Part shown: piece after piece, positions 39,010 through 48,984 of the stretch
Layout of the letters: every line of letters starts with the position of its first letter
How positions within the stretch are numbered: the first letter of the stretch is position 1
Virus record (IMG/VR): IMGVR_UViG_3300048834_000169
Span: 17,796 to 81,795 of that record
DNA length: 64,000 bases
Direction: 5' to 3' (one strand)
Source of the DNA: a virus
The notes under the pieces: model-generated
What the model saw: only the letters and a program-made list of their open reading frames with translations
Told to the model about the DNA's origin: nothing
The model's database searches: none
Position numbers and translations under genes: made by a program

Positions 39010-40368
39010 CTATGATCCTAGAAGCGTAAAGCCTTTATAAGCTACTCGTTCAACTCCTTGCACTACAATACCGACTTTGGCACTATAGTGGGTTAAGTCG
39101 GTGAGTAAAGCCGCGCTTACTGGTGTAGTATTAAATCTTCCGTTAACGTCGGCGGTTATGCCGGTCTCAGTAAGTCCCGCTACTGGCACCCCGTCTTTAT
39201 CATAAATCGTATAGTTTGCAGCTCCTAGATTACTAGTCTGTACGCGCCCGTTAGAAGTCTCTACCCAAAACGTAGCTTGTAGCTGGTTTAACGCGTTTAT
39301 AGAGAATGTAGCTTTGGCAAATTGTTCTGCTCTTACTGATGTCATCGGAATAAGAGATGTTCTCGCTATTCCATCAACTTCCACTGTAATTCTAGCCGTA
39401 TATAACTGTAAGGACGCGGGGTCTATTCCGGAAACTGGGGTAATTGTATATGTGCCTTGCGCGCCAGCCACTATTCCAGATTCGGATAAGCCTCCAACTA
39501 TGGCACCATCTTGATCTAGTACGTCGTATGATCCTACACCAAGTCTAGCTAATTCGGATATCTGAGTGTCTGCTTCGTCCCTTGCCCAGAATATACCGAC
39601 TAAGTCGCCGCTGTTGTCGAAAGTATATTGTCCAGACGTTCCGTAGCTAGGTACTTTTTGAACAATTCCAACATTATCTGTTCTAACTTCTCCGTCGATA
39701 GATATAGAACATTTTACTACGTAATGATCTAGGGACTCTTGTAAAGAAGATGGTACCGCGGTTATCTTAAACTGTCCGTTAGCATCGGCTGTAATACCAG
39801 ATTGTGACATACCTACTACGGCCGCACCAGTCTTGTCATATACTTGGTACGAGGCAGTTCCTAGTACAGTACTGACAGACGTGGCTAGCTCCCCGTTTTT
39901 TTTACCCCAAATAGTTCCCTGAAACTCGCCTTCCGGTGCTAAAGAAAAAGCCCCGTCCACGTCATATGTGTCGATTGCCGTTAGTACACCAGTAGAAATT
40001 ACGCTCATAGAAACGGTATTGCTATCTCTGTTATTTACACCGTCTATAGCACGCACGCCAACATAATAAGTAGTCCCATTAACTAAGAACGACCCATCTG
40101 GCATAGTAAAAATGTCATACTGCAGATTTGGACTAACTGCTATGATGTTAGCGGTATTGAATAAGCCCACCGCTGAAGACGCTTGGATATAGACTTCGTA
40201 TCTAATAGGTGGGGTCGGGTCGGTGGCTGCGGACCACCCGGCTCGGATTTGGCCGCGAGACTCTACGTCCAAAAAAGTTATTCCAGCGAACGTAGGAGGC
40301 GTTAGGTCTGCTATACACGCCTCAGATGTTCCCTGATAGAAATTATTTTCTACTAGGAAATTAGCCAT
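39010..40368 (-). CDS. Virion protein with an FN3-like domain and three internal beta repeats
   Basis: DLTPPTFAG...WSAATD...YEVY...YYVGVRAID; three copies of G.ASY..YDK.G..V.G..ESGI.A. Confidence 0.65.
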   Translation of the reverse strand: MANFLVENNFYQGTSEACIADLTPPTFAGITFLDVESRGQIRAGWSAATDPTPPIRYEVYIQASSAVGLFNTANIIAVSPNLQYDIFTMPDGSFLVNGTTYYVGVRAIDGVNNRDSNTVSMSVISTGVLTAIDTYDVDGAFSLAPEGEFQGTIWGKKNGELATSVSTVLGTASYQVYDKTGAAVVGMSQSGITADANGQFKITAVPSSLQESLDHYVVKCSISIDGEVRTDNVGIVQKVPSYGTSGQYTFDNSGDLVGIFWARDEADTQISELARLGVGSYDVLDQDGAIVGGLSESGIVAGAQGTYTITPVSGIDPASLQLYTARITVEVDGIARTSLIPMTSVRAEQFAKATFSINALNQLQATFWVETSNGRVQTSNLGAANYTIYDKDGVPVAGLTETGITADVNGRFNTTPVSAALLTDLTHYSAKVGIVVQGVERVAYKGFTLLGS

Positions 40369-40370
40369 TT

Positions 40371-42431
40371 TTAACTCTCCTTAAGTCCTGGACGTGCGTC
40401 TGTGCCTGGAGGCGATGTGAAGCTATATCTTAGCAACGTACCTACTACGTTAGGGACAGTCCCTAAAAGAGTCCAAGACGTGCCGTTATCCGTTGAGTAC
40501 TCAAAATTCGCAGCGTTTGTGACTGTGTTGTGATTTACTAGCTGAACGTTAGTCAAATCATATGCTCTATAGTAAAGAGTCGGAACTGAGCTAGTGTAGG
40601 CTTTTTTAAGTCTAAATGCTGTCCGAGATGGAACACCATTGTCTGAAAAATCGTCTGAGAATTCCCAATTATCGGAAATCTCTGTGTTAGATTCAAAGCC
40701 TAAAAAGAATTCGCATAATTGAGCGGGTATAGATGTGTCTAGTCCCAAGGTAGCAAAATTAATCTTAAACTGAACTTGTTCGCCAGAAGCGACAGCAGTA
40801 AGATCCTCTGCAAATCCAATAGGGAGCCATCCTCCAGAAATAGAGCCAAATCCCGAAGTTCTGTAGAATACTTCTAGGCTTCCAGTGTCATCATATAGTT
40901 TATCTATAGTAGTAATAAATTTATAAACAGAATTAGGCGTATCTAGCACTTTAGTTACGACAAATGAGTAGTCAAATACAGAATCTGATCTTAGGTCTGC
41001 CAATATAACTCCGCGCTGGCCTGCAGTGGCTCCAGTTTGAAGCACAAGCCACCCATCTTCTACATCTATAGCGCCTACTGTTAGTGTACCTACTGGTACG
41101 GCGTCACTAGTTGTGGCCTCTCTGTATATATTGTTAGATCCGCCAAATATATCGTCAATGCTGTTATTAACTACTTGCTTAATCACGAATATATTTGTAT
41201 TTGTAAGATATACGGCCCTATCTAAAACGTTAGACCAAGTTGCTAAAGTTAGTGCGGGGGTTACTATTTGGTTTACAGTGCCTAAAAGATTAGCTGCAAC
41301 TAATGACGGCCATGTTACTGCCCCTGACGTTAACTCAGATATTTGCCCTAAATATAAGGAAGTACTAGTGCAGAAAAATATACAAGGCTGACCTGCATTA
41401 GTTGTGTGGTTAGGTACTGCATAATCTTCTGAGTCGGAGATGATAAGCGTCCCGGTCAGCGCGGGTAAGTTACCTGTCTTGTGTACCCACGCAGAGCCTG
41501 TAGTTCCAAAAGCTCTGCAAACATCCGCAGTACCGGCTAAGGTTATGTTGATTGCGGCGCCCCCTGAAGTGGCAGATACTTGAAAGTCGTTTACCGTACT
41601 ATTTCTAACAAAATATACAGTATTATTAGAAAGTCCTGTTCCGCCCACTAGACTGCTAATAAAAATAGGAGTGTTATCTACGTAACCATGTGCAGTTATT
41701 GTAATCCTATCTGTAATATCGTCTATAGTTCCAGAAGAAACTGGGCAGTCTAGTGTTGCGTTGGTAGAATACACGTAGAATTGATGCGTAGCCGAGATTC
41801 CATTATGGACATAAATATTATTATTAGGTAGGTCAAGCGTGATGCCGGCGGTCTGTATATTTAATTGACCTACTCCGATATTTGACGGGTCTTGAAGTAG
41901 ATATGTAGCCTTTTGATCAGACCCTGTAGCATTAGGGAATAAAGTTCCAGGACCAACGGCTACAAAGTCAGCTAAGTTTACATTATTTACACAGTAAAGT
42001 CCTCCGTTAATCGACACGTTAGCCGTAGTAGCTAGGAATATTCTCCACCCAGTAGTACCACTATCTACTACTTTAAGGCCGCGCATAACGTGTGTAGACG
42101 ATGCTATGTCTGCAATTTGCATCCTTATGGTTCCTATAAAAGTAGGTGATCCAGTAGTTAAATCAACAGTGTGTAAGCTAACGTTAACTATGCCTCCAGC
42201 CTCCGCGCCGATTGAAAATAAGCGGCCATTAGGGGACATGTAAGTCAATAAAGGTACTACACTAGAAGAGGCTGCGGTATCCGCTACAGTATCAACATAT
42301 TTATTAAGTGGAGGCCCTAATGCGTCATCTCCGCCTATGCTCTTAACTTGAGCCCTACCTTGAACGGTAGTCTTAGTTTGATCATATGTTCCAACTACAT
42401 CGGCTAATAAGTCTGCTTTTACGTATTTCAT
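40371..42431 (-). CDS. Large beta-rich virion / fibre protein
   Basis: Thr/Ser/Gly/Val-rich; ITAHG...YFVRN...FQVSATSGG module. Confidence 0.6.
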   Translation of the reverse strand: MKYVKADLLADVVGTYDQTKTTVQGRAQVKSIGGDDALGPPLNKYVDTVADTAASSSVVPLLTYMSPNGRLFSIGAEAGGIVNVSLHTVDLTTGSPTFIGTIRMQIADIASSTHVMRGLKVVDSGTTGWRIFLATTANVSINGGLYCVNNVNLADFVAVGPGTLFPNATGSDQKATYLLQDPSNIGVGQLNIQTAGITLDLPNNNIYVHNGISATHQFYVYSTNATLDCPVSSGTIDDITDRITITAHGYVDNTPIFISSLVGGTGLSNNTVYFVRNSTVNDFQVSATSGGAAINITLAGTADVCRAFGTTGSAWVHKTGNLPALTGTLIISDSEDYAVPNHTTNAGQPCIFFCTSTSLYLGQISELTSGAVTWPSLVAANLLGTVNQIVTPALTLATWSNVLDRAVYLTNTNIFVIKQVVNNSIDDIFGGSNNIYREATTSDAVPVGTLTVGAIDVEDGWLVLQTGATAGQRGVILADLRSDSVFDYSFVVTKVLDTPNSVYKFITTIDKLYDDTGSLEVFYRTSGFGSISGGWLPIGFAEDLTAVASGEQVQFKINFATLGLDTSIPAQLCEFFLGFESNTEISDNWEFSDDFSDNGVPSRTAFRLKKAYTSSVPTLYYRAYDLTNVQLVNHNTVTNAANFEYSTDNGTSWTLLGTVPNVVGTLLRYSFTSPPGTDARPGLKES

Positions 42432-42441
42432 TTAAGTCCTC

Positions 42442-43407
42442 TTAAGGTAATATTGCCCAGTCTATACTGTCACGTCGGTAGTTTACTCCAACTAGTGTAT
42501 AAGTAAAGGTCTTCCTAGCAATTATACCAGGAAACGTGGCACTTGTATAGTCAATTTGTGTAACTCTTTGATTTTTAGTTCCAAAATCCGCATAAGTTAT
42601 ATCTTGTTCTCTATCATGTGCTGCTAATATTTGTTGACGAACGTTATATACGAATGGGTATTCAGTACCTGATGGGGTACCGTCTATAGTACCTGATATC
42701 TTAATAGGCTCGGAGCTTATCGTGACTGGTATTGCTGGCTGATCTGAGGCTAGTACTACGGACATACTAGCGGCTGAGGCTAACTGCCCAATAGAGTCAG
42801 GTATTCCAGCTTCTATCGCGTCTAGTATTGTAATTTGAGCATCTTGCTTGGCTTCTGTTGCTGCTCCGGCGGGTAGTGGAAGAGTGCCAGATACGTTTAC
42901 ATCTATCGCTGGCTGGTCTGAAGCTAACACAACAGACACGCTATTAGCTGCCGTGAGTTGTCCTAGAGTGGTCGGTAGTTGATTTGATATGGCTGTTAGT
43001 GTTGTATTGGCTGCCTGTAACTCTGTTACTGCGTCTACGTCTATAACTCTAAGTTTTAGATCCGACCCTACTACTAAAGCGTGTTTTGTGCCTGTCTGCG
43101 TGCCATCTTCAGAGCCTACTATTAATACGTTATCGGCTGGCACTTTCGTAAAAGAATCTAGGGTTACGGAGACCGAGCCACCACCTCCAGCAATAATGTT
43201 CACATCTAAGCCAGTTTTAGGGCCTATCGTAGTCGCTGTTATTAGGCTTACACCGTCCCCTAATCTAATAGAGTCCGTAGTATGGTCTATCGCTACTTCT
43301 AGATCACCGCCTAATGTTATATTAGCGCCTATATCTACACGCAGTCGATTCAGTACTTGATCGTATACTGCTTGTATTATCTGACCTTGGTCTAGTAAAG
43401 ATGGCAT
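42442..43407 (-). CDS. Fibre / decoration-like protein
   Basis: SVVLASDQPAI twice, LPAGAATEAKQ. Confidence 0.6.
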   Translation of the reverse strand: MPSLLDQGQIIQAVYDQVLNRLRVDIGANITLGGDLEVAIDHTTDSIRLGDGVSLITATTIGPKTGLDVNIIAGGGGSVSVTLDSFTKVPADNVLIVGSEDGTQTGTKHALVVGSDLKLRVIDVDAVTELQAANTTLTAISNQLPTTLGQLTAANSVSVVLASDQPAIDVNVSGTLPLPAGAATEAKQDAQITILDAIEAGIPDSIGQLASAASMSVVLASDQPAIPVTISSEPIKISGTIDGTPSGTEYPFVYNVRQQILAAHDREQDITYADFGTKNQRVTQIDYTSATFPGIIARKTFTYTLVGVNYRRDSIDWAILP

Positions 43408-43480
43408 ATCAATAACTTAGCTTATAGAACAGCTTATAGCCTCCTCAAATAGCAAAGGGTTATGTCACCCATATCCAGCC

Positions 43481-45526
43481 TTATCCTTGTGGATCTGTGT
43501 TAGCTGGGTTAGTTGGTAAATTCTGAAATGGAGCTGGTGGAGTGGGCATTTGTGGTGCCGCTATTTCCTGGCCTGCTGCAAAGTTAGTCTGAGCTTCCAT
43601 AGCTTCGGGAATCATCTCAGCGCCTTCCATAGCCTCTTGGGTAGGGCCTTGCGGTGCTTGTGGTCCAGGAGCTCCTTGAGGAGGCATGGGCGGCTGTAAG
43701 GGCGGCAACGCTTGCTGACGAGTTACTGCAAGTACGCCAGGATCGGTATTTCTTAGGAGCTCAATATGTTCCTGGATGTGAGACAGGACCACTTCTACTA
43801 GCTGCTCATCGTTTCTAAGATCGGGGTCGGCCAGCAATGCTTTGTGCTCTTGAATATGGAGTGCGTGGTTATCTAGGCTAAGGGCCCTAGCATAAGTCCC
43901 GTCCATCATTTTCTCATTCTCAGATTTAACTAGTAACAGCTCTGCTTGATCGCCTTCTGTCATTGAATCTAATCTACCGGTGTTCAGCACCGTAAAATAT
44001 TGATCAACGTTCTTTACTAGCCCCATCTGGATTAGTTGATTGGCGATCTCTGCGCGTCCTGCAGTAGTCTTAGCTAAGGCATTAGAGACTTCTACAGCGA
44101 CCCTACCTATTTGTAGCAGATCTTTTGAGGAGAATTCTTTTAAATACGCTCTTTGTGACTTGCCTACGATAGCCGCTACTCTAGGGTATTTAGCGTAGTC
44201 TTGTAACGTTTGAATTACGCCATTTCCGATATTCTCAATAGCCTTAACGTACGAATGCTGAAGAAGTGATGAGAATTGAACAGCTTGCGCCTGAATAAGG
44301 GCTAGCGAGCTAGCAGATCGAAGGCTAGCCTCTGGCTGCCCTCTGGTTACACTATTAATTCCGGAGATAGTCTCCATTTGCTGCTCAAGAATCTTAATCA
44401 TCTCAAAGATTTCAGCGGGAGTCTGGGTCAAGTTAAGAGCTTCTGGCTTAGCATTATTGAGAGCATTATATTCGATTAGGTTAAGGCCGCCAGCTAACTG
44501 TGTCCATGTAAAGTCTGCGCCCTTAGGTACAAGTACGTTCTGTACTCCAAATGCGTTCTGGTTAGTAATAATAGTGCTATACAACATGTTGATAGCTTCT
44601 TGAATAGGTAGAAGGTCAAACATTACAGTATAGCCAAAAGGACTTCCTAAGATATTCTCAGGAGAAATTCGATATATTGGCGTTTCTCTATAAGGGAGTG
44701 GACCGTCATACAAGATAGCTTCAGGGGTTACGAATACTATGTAGCGACCATCTGGAAGAGCATCGTTTTTGTTATGGAAGAACTCGTACACTGGAACGTC
44801 ATCAGTCTTTTCCATATTAAAGCTTCCAGACTTTAACTCGCCCAGATCATCTTTAGATGGAGCACTTAGAATTTGATCTTCGATTTCAGGATATTTAGCT
44901 GCTAATGCGAACTTATTCTTATATGATCTGACGATAAGCCAATCATGGCTGGCAGTATCTTCTTTAGATGGGTCTCGAATAACGTCTAATGGGGATACGT
45001 TAGTGAACTCTAGGTCACCCTCGTAAAAGCGCTCGCCGCTATTCTCGTCCTGCTCAAACATTTGACCGGCAGTAGCGTTCCAGCCGAGACGAATATATCC
45101 TTCACCAAATACGATGGCATATTCAGTAGCCTTACTGACATACGACTCTAAATTCTTTTCTCTGAAGTAGTACTCCAAAAGTCCATCTGCTAGTATGGTT
45201 TGAGACTGCGATCTTACGTCTGTATTAATAGCGCGTGTTTTAAGACTAGGGCGATTAGCCGTAGTCATATTTAGCAAGTGCCTGGCGATGTTTCTATAGT
45301 GGTTTACTGGGAATCGTACAAGTTCGTTCTGCTCGCCAGTAAAGCTCAATCCGTGATCTCCTGATCCAGAAGTGAAGTTACCGTGATAAAACGACCAACT
45401 ACGGCGAAGCTTGTCTACGTATTCGTTGGCTAATGCGCTCGAGCCCCAATCTTGGGCCTTGTGATAGATCTCTGAAACGGCCTCTTTTGAGGGTAAAGCT
45501 GCGAAATATTTGTCTTTATTAGCCAT
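43481..45526 (-). CDS. Portal protein
   Basis: Follows TerL; 681 aa; ISGINSVTRG; Pro/Gln-rich tail as in podoviral portals. Confidence 0.85.
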   Translation of the reverse strand: MANKDKYFAALPSKEAVSEIYHKAQDWGSSALANEYVDKLRRSWSFYHGNFTSGSGDHGLSFTGEQNELVRFPVNHYRNIARHLLNMTTANRPSLKTRAINTDVRSQSQTILADGLLEYYFREKNLESYVSKATEYAIVFGEGYIRLGWNATAGQMFEQDENSGERFYEGDLEFTNVSPLDVIRDPSKEDTASHDWLIVRSYKNKFALAAKYPEIEDQILSAPSKDDLGELKSGSFNMEKTDDVPVYEFFHNKNDALPDGRYIVFVTPEAILYDGPLPYRETPIYRISPENILGSPFGYTVMFDLLPIQEAINMLYSTIITNQNAFGVQNVLVPKGADFTWTQLAGGLNLIEYNALNNAKPEALNLTQTPAEIFEMIKILEQQMETISGINSVTRGQPEASLRSASSLALIQAQAVQFSSLLQHSYVKAIENIGNGVIQTLQDYAKYPRVAAIVGKSQRAYLKEFSSKDLLQIGRVAVEVSNALAKTTAGRAEIANQLIQMGLVKNVDQYFTVLNTGRLDSMTEGDQAELLLVKSENEKMMDGTYARALSLDNHALHIQEHKALLADPDLRNDEQLVEVVLSHIQEHIELLRNTDPGVLAVTRQQALPPLQPPMPPQGAPGPQAPQGPTQEAMEGAEMIPEAMEAQTNFAAGQEIAAPQMPTPPAPFQNLPTNPANTDPQG

Positions 45527-45540
45527 ATTATTGCCTACCT

Positions 45541-47010
45541 TTATTTGTTTATCTTGTTTTTAACGAACATGCTCTTGACGGCTTGGGCGGTAGAACTCAA
45601 GTAATCCGCGCTTTTACCGAACATATTGAACGCTTGTAGCGATCTTTCAGTGGGGTATGGATTTTTATGCCACTGTACATTTCTAACTAAGTAAATTAGC
45701 GCAGCTAGTAAATCCTGGTGACCGCCCTGGTCAGTTCGTTCAAATGTCTTGCGGTTCTTACTCCAAGTTGCTGATTTAAGCTGGTATATTAGATTCGCGC
45801 ATTTTGGGTTAATGATAATATTCTCGTCAGCTAGGCGAATTCGCACGTCGTTAATGGCTGCTTCGCGGTTATCTTTTCTAGTTGGAATAAATATGAGTCC
45901 GTGCTGTCTTTGGAGGTCGTTTAGTGTTATTAGGTCGTCGTCGGATACTCTTAAGTACGCTGGCTTTGATTCTTTGGAGATGGGGTCTATCCATAGGGAT
46001 GCCTCCTTCTCTTTTACTTTATTAGCTAGATTTTTTACTGTAACTTCTTGCCCGTTCATCCACATTTCATCTTCTATTACAAGCTTATTCTCTCTAAAAT
46101 CATAGTATGCAAATAAAGCTGCAGTATAATCTACAAAGCCTAAGTCTAGACTGGTATATGCGTCGTAATGCGCTGGCCTAACCCAAGTTTTAATTACCCT
46201 CGATGCCAGATCATCATTAAACTCAGGTATTACGGCTCTAGTAGCGTCAATTTCTAGCTGACAAAGAAACTCGCGCTTCCATGTAGTAGAGTTCTCTCCG
46301 CCGCTGGCCTCTTTTAGCTCATTAACGATGTCTGGGTTTAGCCTAGACTTCATGTGTGGAGGATCGTTCTTAATATCTTCCATAGCGTCGACGATTGTCT
46401 TCTTTATATAAGCGTCGTGCTTTTCAGTTTCTTTTACGAGATCTGCAAATGGGTGCGCCGGACTCTTTGGCGGAGTTGATGCTATTAATAGCTTACCGTT
46501 GGTCGTAAGTGCTTGCGGCAGGAGGATGTCGTTTATAACATAGTTGAGATCGTCCATGAATCCTGCCTCATCTAGGATGCTTAGGTGACTGGCAGTTCCT
46601 CTTAACTTCTCAGCATTGCCTTCATCAGTACCTTCGATCTGGATTATTGATCCGTTCTTAAAGTAGAAGCATTTGTCAGCCCTGACATAGTCTGGTTTAA
46701 TGTCTTTTGGACAGTCTTCTAAAATACTACGGATGGTGGGGAGGATAATTTTCTGGCCGGCTACCGCTGTGAATGTAGCATACTTAATTTGAGTATTAGG
46801 GTTCTTTAGTGCATACTCCAGCGCCACTATTAGCAGTGAGTAGCTTTTGCCGATCCTTCGGCTAGCGTTCCACACTACTTTTCTGTACTTAGATGTCTTG
46901 AACTTCTCATATAGTTTTTTTTGACATGAGTCCAATTTCCAGGAAAGCTCTCCGATACGCCAAAGCGTGTCTATAGCTTCTGCCTTAGTTGGAGGGCGTT
47001 TTCTTGACAT
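45541..47010 (-). CDS. terL: Terminase large subunit
   Basis: ASRRIGKS Walker A, LRG...ILDEAGF Walker B, ASTP, REFLC, SLDLG nuclease motif. Confidence 0.95.
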   Translation of the reverse strand: MSRKRPPTKAEAIDTLWRIGELSWKLDSCQKKLYEKFKTSKYRKVVWNASRRIGKSYSLLIVALEYALKNPNTQIKYATFTAVAGQKIILPTIRSILEDCPKDIKPDYVRADKCFYFKNGSIIQIEGTDEGNAEKLRGTASHLSILDEAGFMDDLNYVINDILLPQALTTNGKLLIASTPPKSPAHPFADLVKETEKHDAYIKKTIVDAMEDIKNDPPHMKSRLNPDIVNELKEASGGENSTTWKREFLCQLEIDATRAVIPEFNDDLASRVIKTWVRPAHYDAYTSLDLGFVDYTAALFAYYDFRENKLVIEDEMWMNGQEVTVKNLANKVKEKEASLWIDPISKESKPAYLRVSDDDLITLNDLQRQHGLIFIPTRKDNREAAINDVRIRLADENIIINPKCANLIYQLKSATWSKNRKTFERTDQGGHQDLLAALIYLVRNVQWHKNPYPTERSLQAFNMFGKSADYLSSTAQAVKSMFVKNKINK

Positions 47011-47314
47011 CTAAGTCTTCCTTGACTTCGTTCTTAACTTCAAAGAACTCCTGCGCAGCCTGCGCTATTTGAATAAGTTCCGTAGTAGATACGGCCTCTA
47101 CCTTTTCTGACTGACCTTCTATATCTCCAGAGGCTTTCTCGCTTAGAAGAAGGTTTTTAGTCAGTAAATCAAAGATCTTAGTTTCTTCAAATGTTAGTAA
47201 ACGATCTCTAGAAATAGCTCTAAGGCGCTCTAATTGCACCTCAGCTATCTCTTGGAAATGCCTGATCTCTTCAATTACGAGTTCTTGTTTTGGCTTTACT
47301 AGTTTCTTTTTCAT
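46985..47314 (-). CDS. Terminase small subunit candidate
   Basis: Helical 109-aa ORF overlapping the terL start; position only. Confidence 0.45.
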   Translation of the reverse strand: MKKKLVKPKQELVIEEIRHFQEIAEVQLERLRAISRDRLLTFEETKIFDLLTKNLLLSEKASGDIEGQSEKVEAVSTTELIQIAQAAQEFFEVKNEVKEDLDVKKTPSN

Positions 47315-47480
47315 AACGAGCTATCCTTTGCTCTAGTACTAATTTCTCTGCTTCCAGCTTACAAATATCCGACTCTAATTGTCTGATCTTGTTATTAAGT
47401 TTTTCAGTAGCTGATGCTACGGCGCTGTGCTGTCTTATGTGCTCGCGCAATTTAGAGGCGCCCTTACTGTACTTAAACAT
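47271..47480 (-). CDS. Hypothetical coiled-coil protein
   Basis: Overlaps both neighbours. Confidence 0.6.
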   Translation of the reverse strand: MFKYSKGASKLREHIRQHSAVASATEKLNNKIRQLESDICKLEAEKLVLEQRIARYEKETSKAKTRTRN

Positions 47481-47751
47481 TTCTACGTGTTATCCCAAAG
47501 CCTGCCATCTTAGCTTCAATGCTAGCTAGTTTAGCTGCCTGCTGCTCCTCAAACTCGGCCATCTTCTTAGAAAGCGCGTCCATTTTAGTTTGACTGGACA
47601 ATAACTCTTTACGGCTAGACATATATTCCTGCACTACGTCTGAAATAAGGCCTACTGCTGCAATAACTGTCATGTATACTGATGGAGCAACTATAATACT
47701 GTGTATTACGGCAACGAGTGCCGCTAATTTGCCAGTGCTTAAATGCTTCAT
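47473..47751 (-). CDS. Membrane protein with coiled-coil tail
   Basis: Hydrophobic N-terminal half. Confidence 0.65.
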   Translation of the reverse strand: MKHLSTGKLAALVAVIHSIIVAPSVYMTVIAAVGLISDVVQEYMSSRKELLSSQTKMDALSKKMAEFEEQQAAKLASIEAKMAGFGITRRNV

Positions 47752-47753
47752 AC

Positions 47754-48026
47754 TTAGCTCTTATCGGAAGAAGCGTCGGCTTCTACTTGAAGCTTAGACT
47801 CGGCCTCAGCTTGCTTCTCAAGCTCTAGTCCCTCTTCGACACTCTTCATAAATTGCGCATGAAGAGAGGTGTAGTTGTCATTAAGGAATTTGAGGAGCTT
47901 AGCGGCGTCCTCGATAGACTTTCCAGGAAATGTTGCGGCTTTAACGGCATTACGGTAGTCGTTAAGCTCTGACAGTGCCTTATTCAGGCCCTCAGTCTTT
48001 TTAGTAAGTTCTTCTAGCTTAGTCAT
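47754..48026 (-). CDS. Hypothetical late protein
   Basis: AAGGAG SD, structured leader and late motif. Confidence 0.75.
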   Translation of the reverse strand: MTKLEELTKKTEGLNKALSELNDYRNAVKAATFPGKSIEDAAKLLKFLNDNYTSLHAQFMKSVEEGLELEKQAEAESKLQVEADASSDKS

Positions 48027-48201
48027 TTATTCTCCTTAAACCGCCTAATGGTAGGTTTATAGTAAACCATCAACGATAATCGTCGGTAGGTTGTAAATAA
48101 AAATAAGATTGGTCGTTGCAGCTCGTTTTCGCTTATTTTTAAGCACTTGCCTTATTTAAGGCTGTCTGTCTTGACCCTAAAATCCTATACTTATATTTGT
48201 T

Positions 48202-48552
48202 TCAAGCCTGTGGAGTAGATCCATCGCTATTAGTACCAGGAAACTTTATAACCTTATTAGGGTCTACTGTCTTAGCTATACTATTTTGAATCTCTTTAAT
48301 AGTATTCTCAAGTTCCTTGCGCACAAGCTGCTTATTCTCTGGTGTCTCGGCCATCGCGGCAGCCGATAGCACTTCTCTAATAGAACTAAATAAAAGCTCA
48401 ACAATCATGATAGATTTCTGCCTAACGAAAGGGTCGTCTGACATAACGTCCTCAGAAAATGCCCTTACAGCCTGCATAAGATTTAGAACTACTCCGTAGT
48501 TTACGTGTACTCCAGATATACCTTCCATATAGATATTATATACGCTTTTCAT
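48202..48552 (-). CDS. Hypothetical protein
   Basis: ORF with NKVIKFP tail. Confidence 0.65.
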   Translation of the reverse strand: MKSVYNIYMEGISGVHVNYGVVLNLMQAVRAFSEDVMSDDPFVRQKSIMIVELLFSSIREVLSAAAMAETPENKQLVRKELENTIKEIQNSIAKTVDPNKVIKFPGTNSDGSTPQA

Positions 48553-48587
48553 ATGATAGTCAAATTAATACGCTTTTACGATTTTAC

Positions 48588-48615
48588 TTGACAAGATTGA
48601 TTTTTGGTGTATAAT
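48588..48615 (+). promoter_or_regulatory. Consensus sigma70 promoter
   Basis: TTGACA-16-TATAAT. Confidence 0.75.
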
Positions 48616-48984
48616 AAATCCAGGACAGGCCTAGAGTTGTGCAAAACGTTCACTAAGCTTACACGATGATTATACCGCCCAGAAAGCGCGAAAGCTTTAT
48701 GGGCTTCGCAACGATAGAGACTGCGCCTGATTTAAGGATACGTGTATGTACCCTTGTACATTATTAGATTTCACACTTTCGTTTAAAGGTCTCAGGATGT
48801 ACAGACATCCTAAGATGTCATTGTAGACGTATATAGTGCGTACTATACTATGTACTATATATAGTCCTATATTAGTACTCCCCCCTCCCCAGTAGGAGGT
48901 CTGTAATTTGAAATATAGCATTAGATCTTGCGCTTGTCAAATACGTGTGGTATTATTAACACTCTAGCAGACAAGAAAGGAATT

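Noticed and set aside
48697-48921. 74-aa minus-strand ORF
   Set aside because: No SD, and it crosses low-complexity repeats; a non-coding interpretation is preferred
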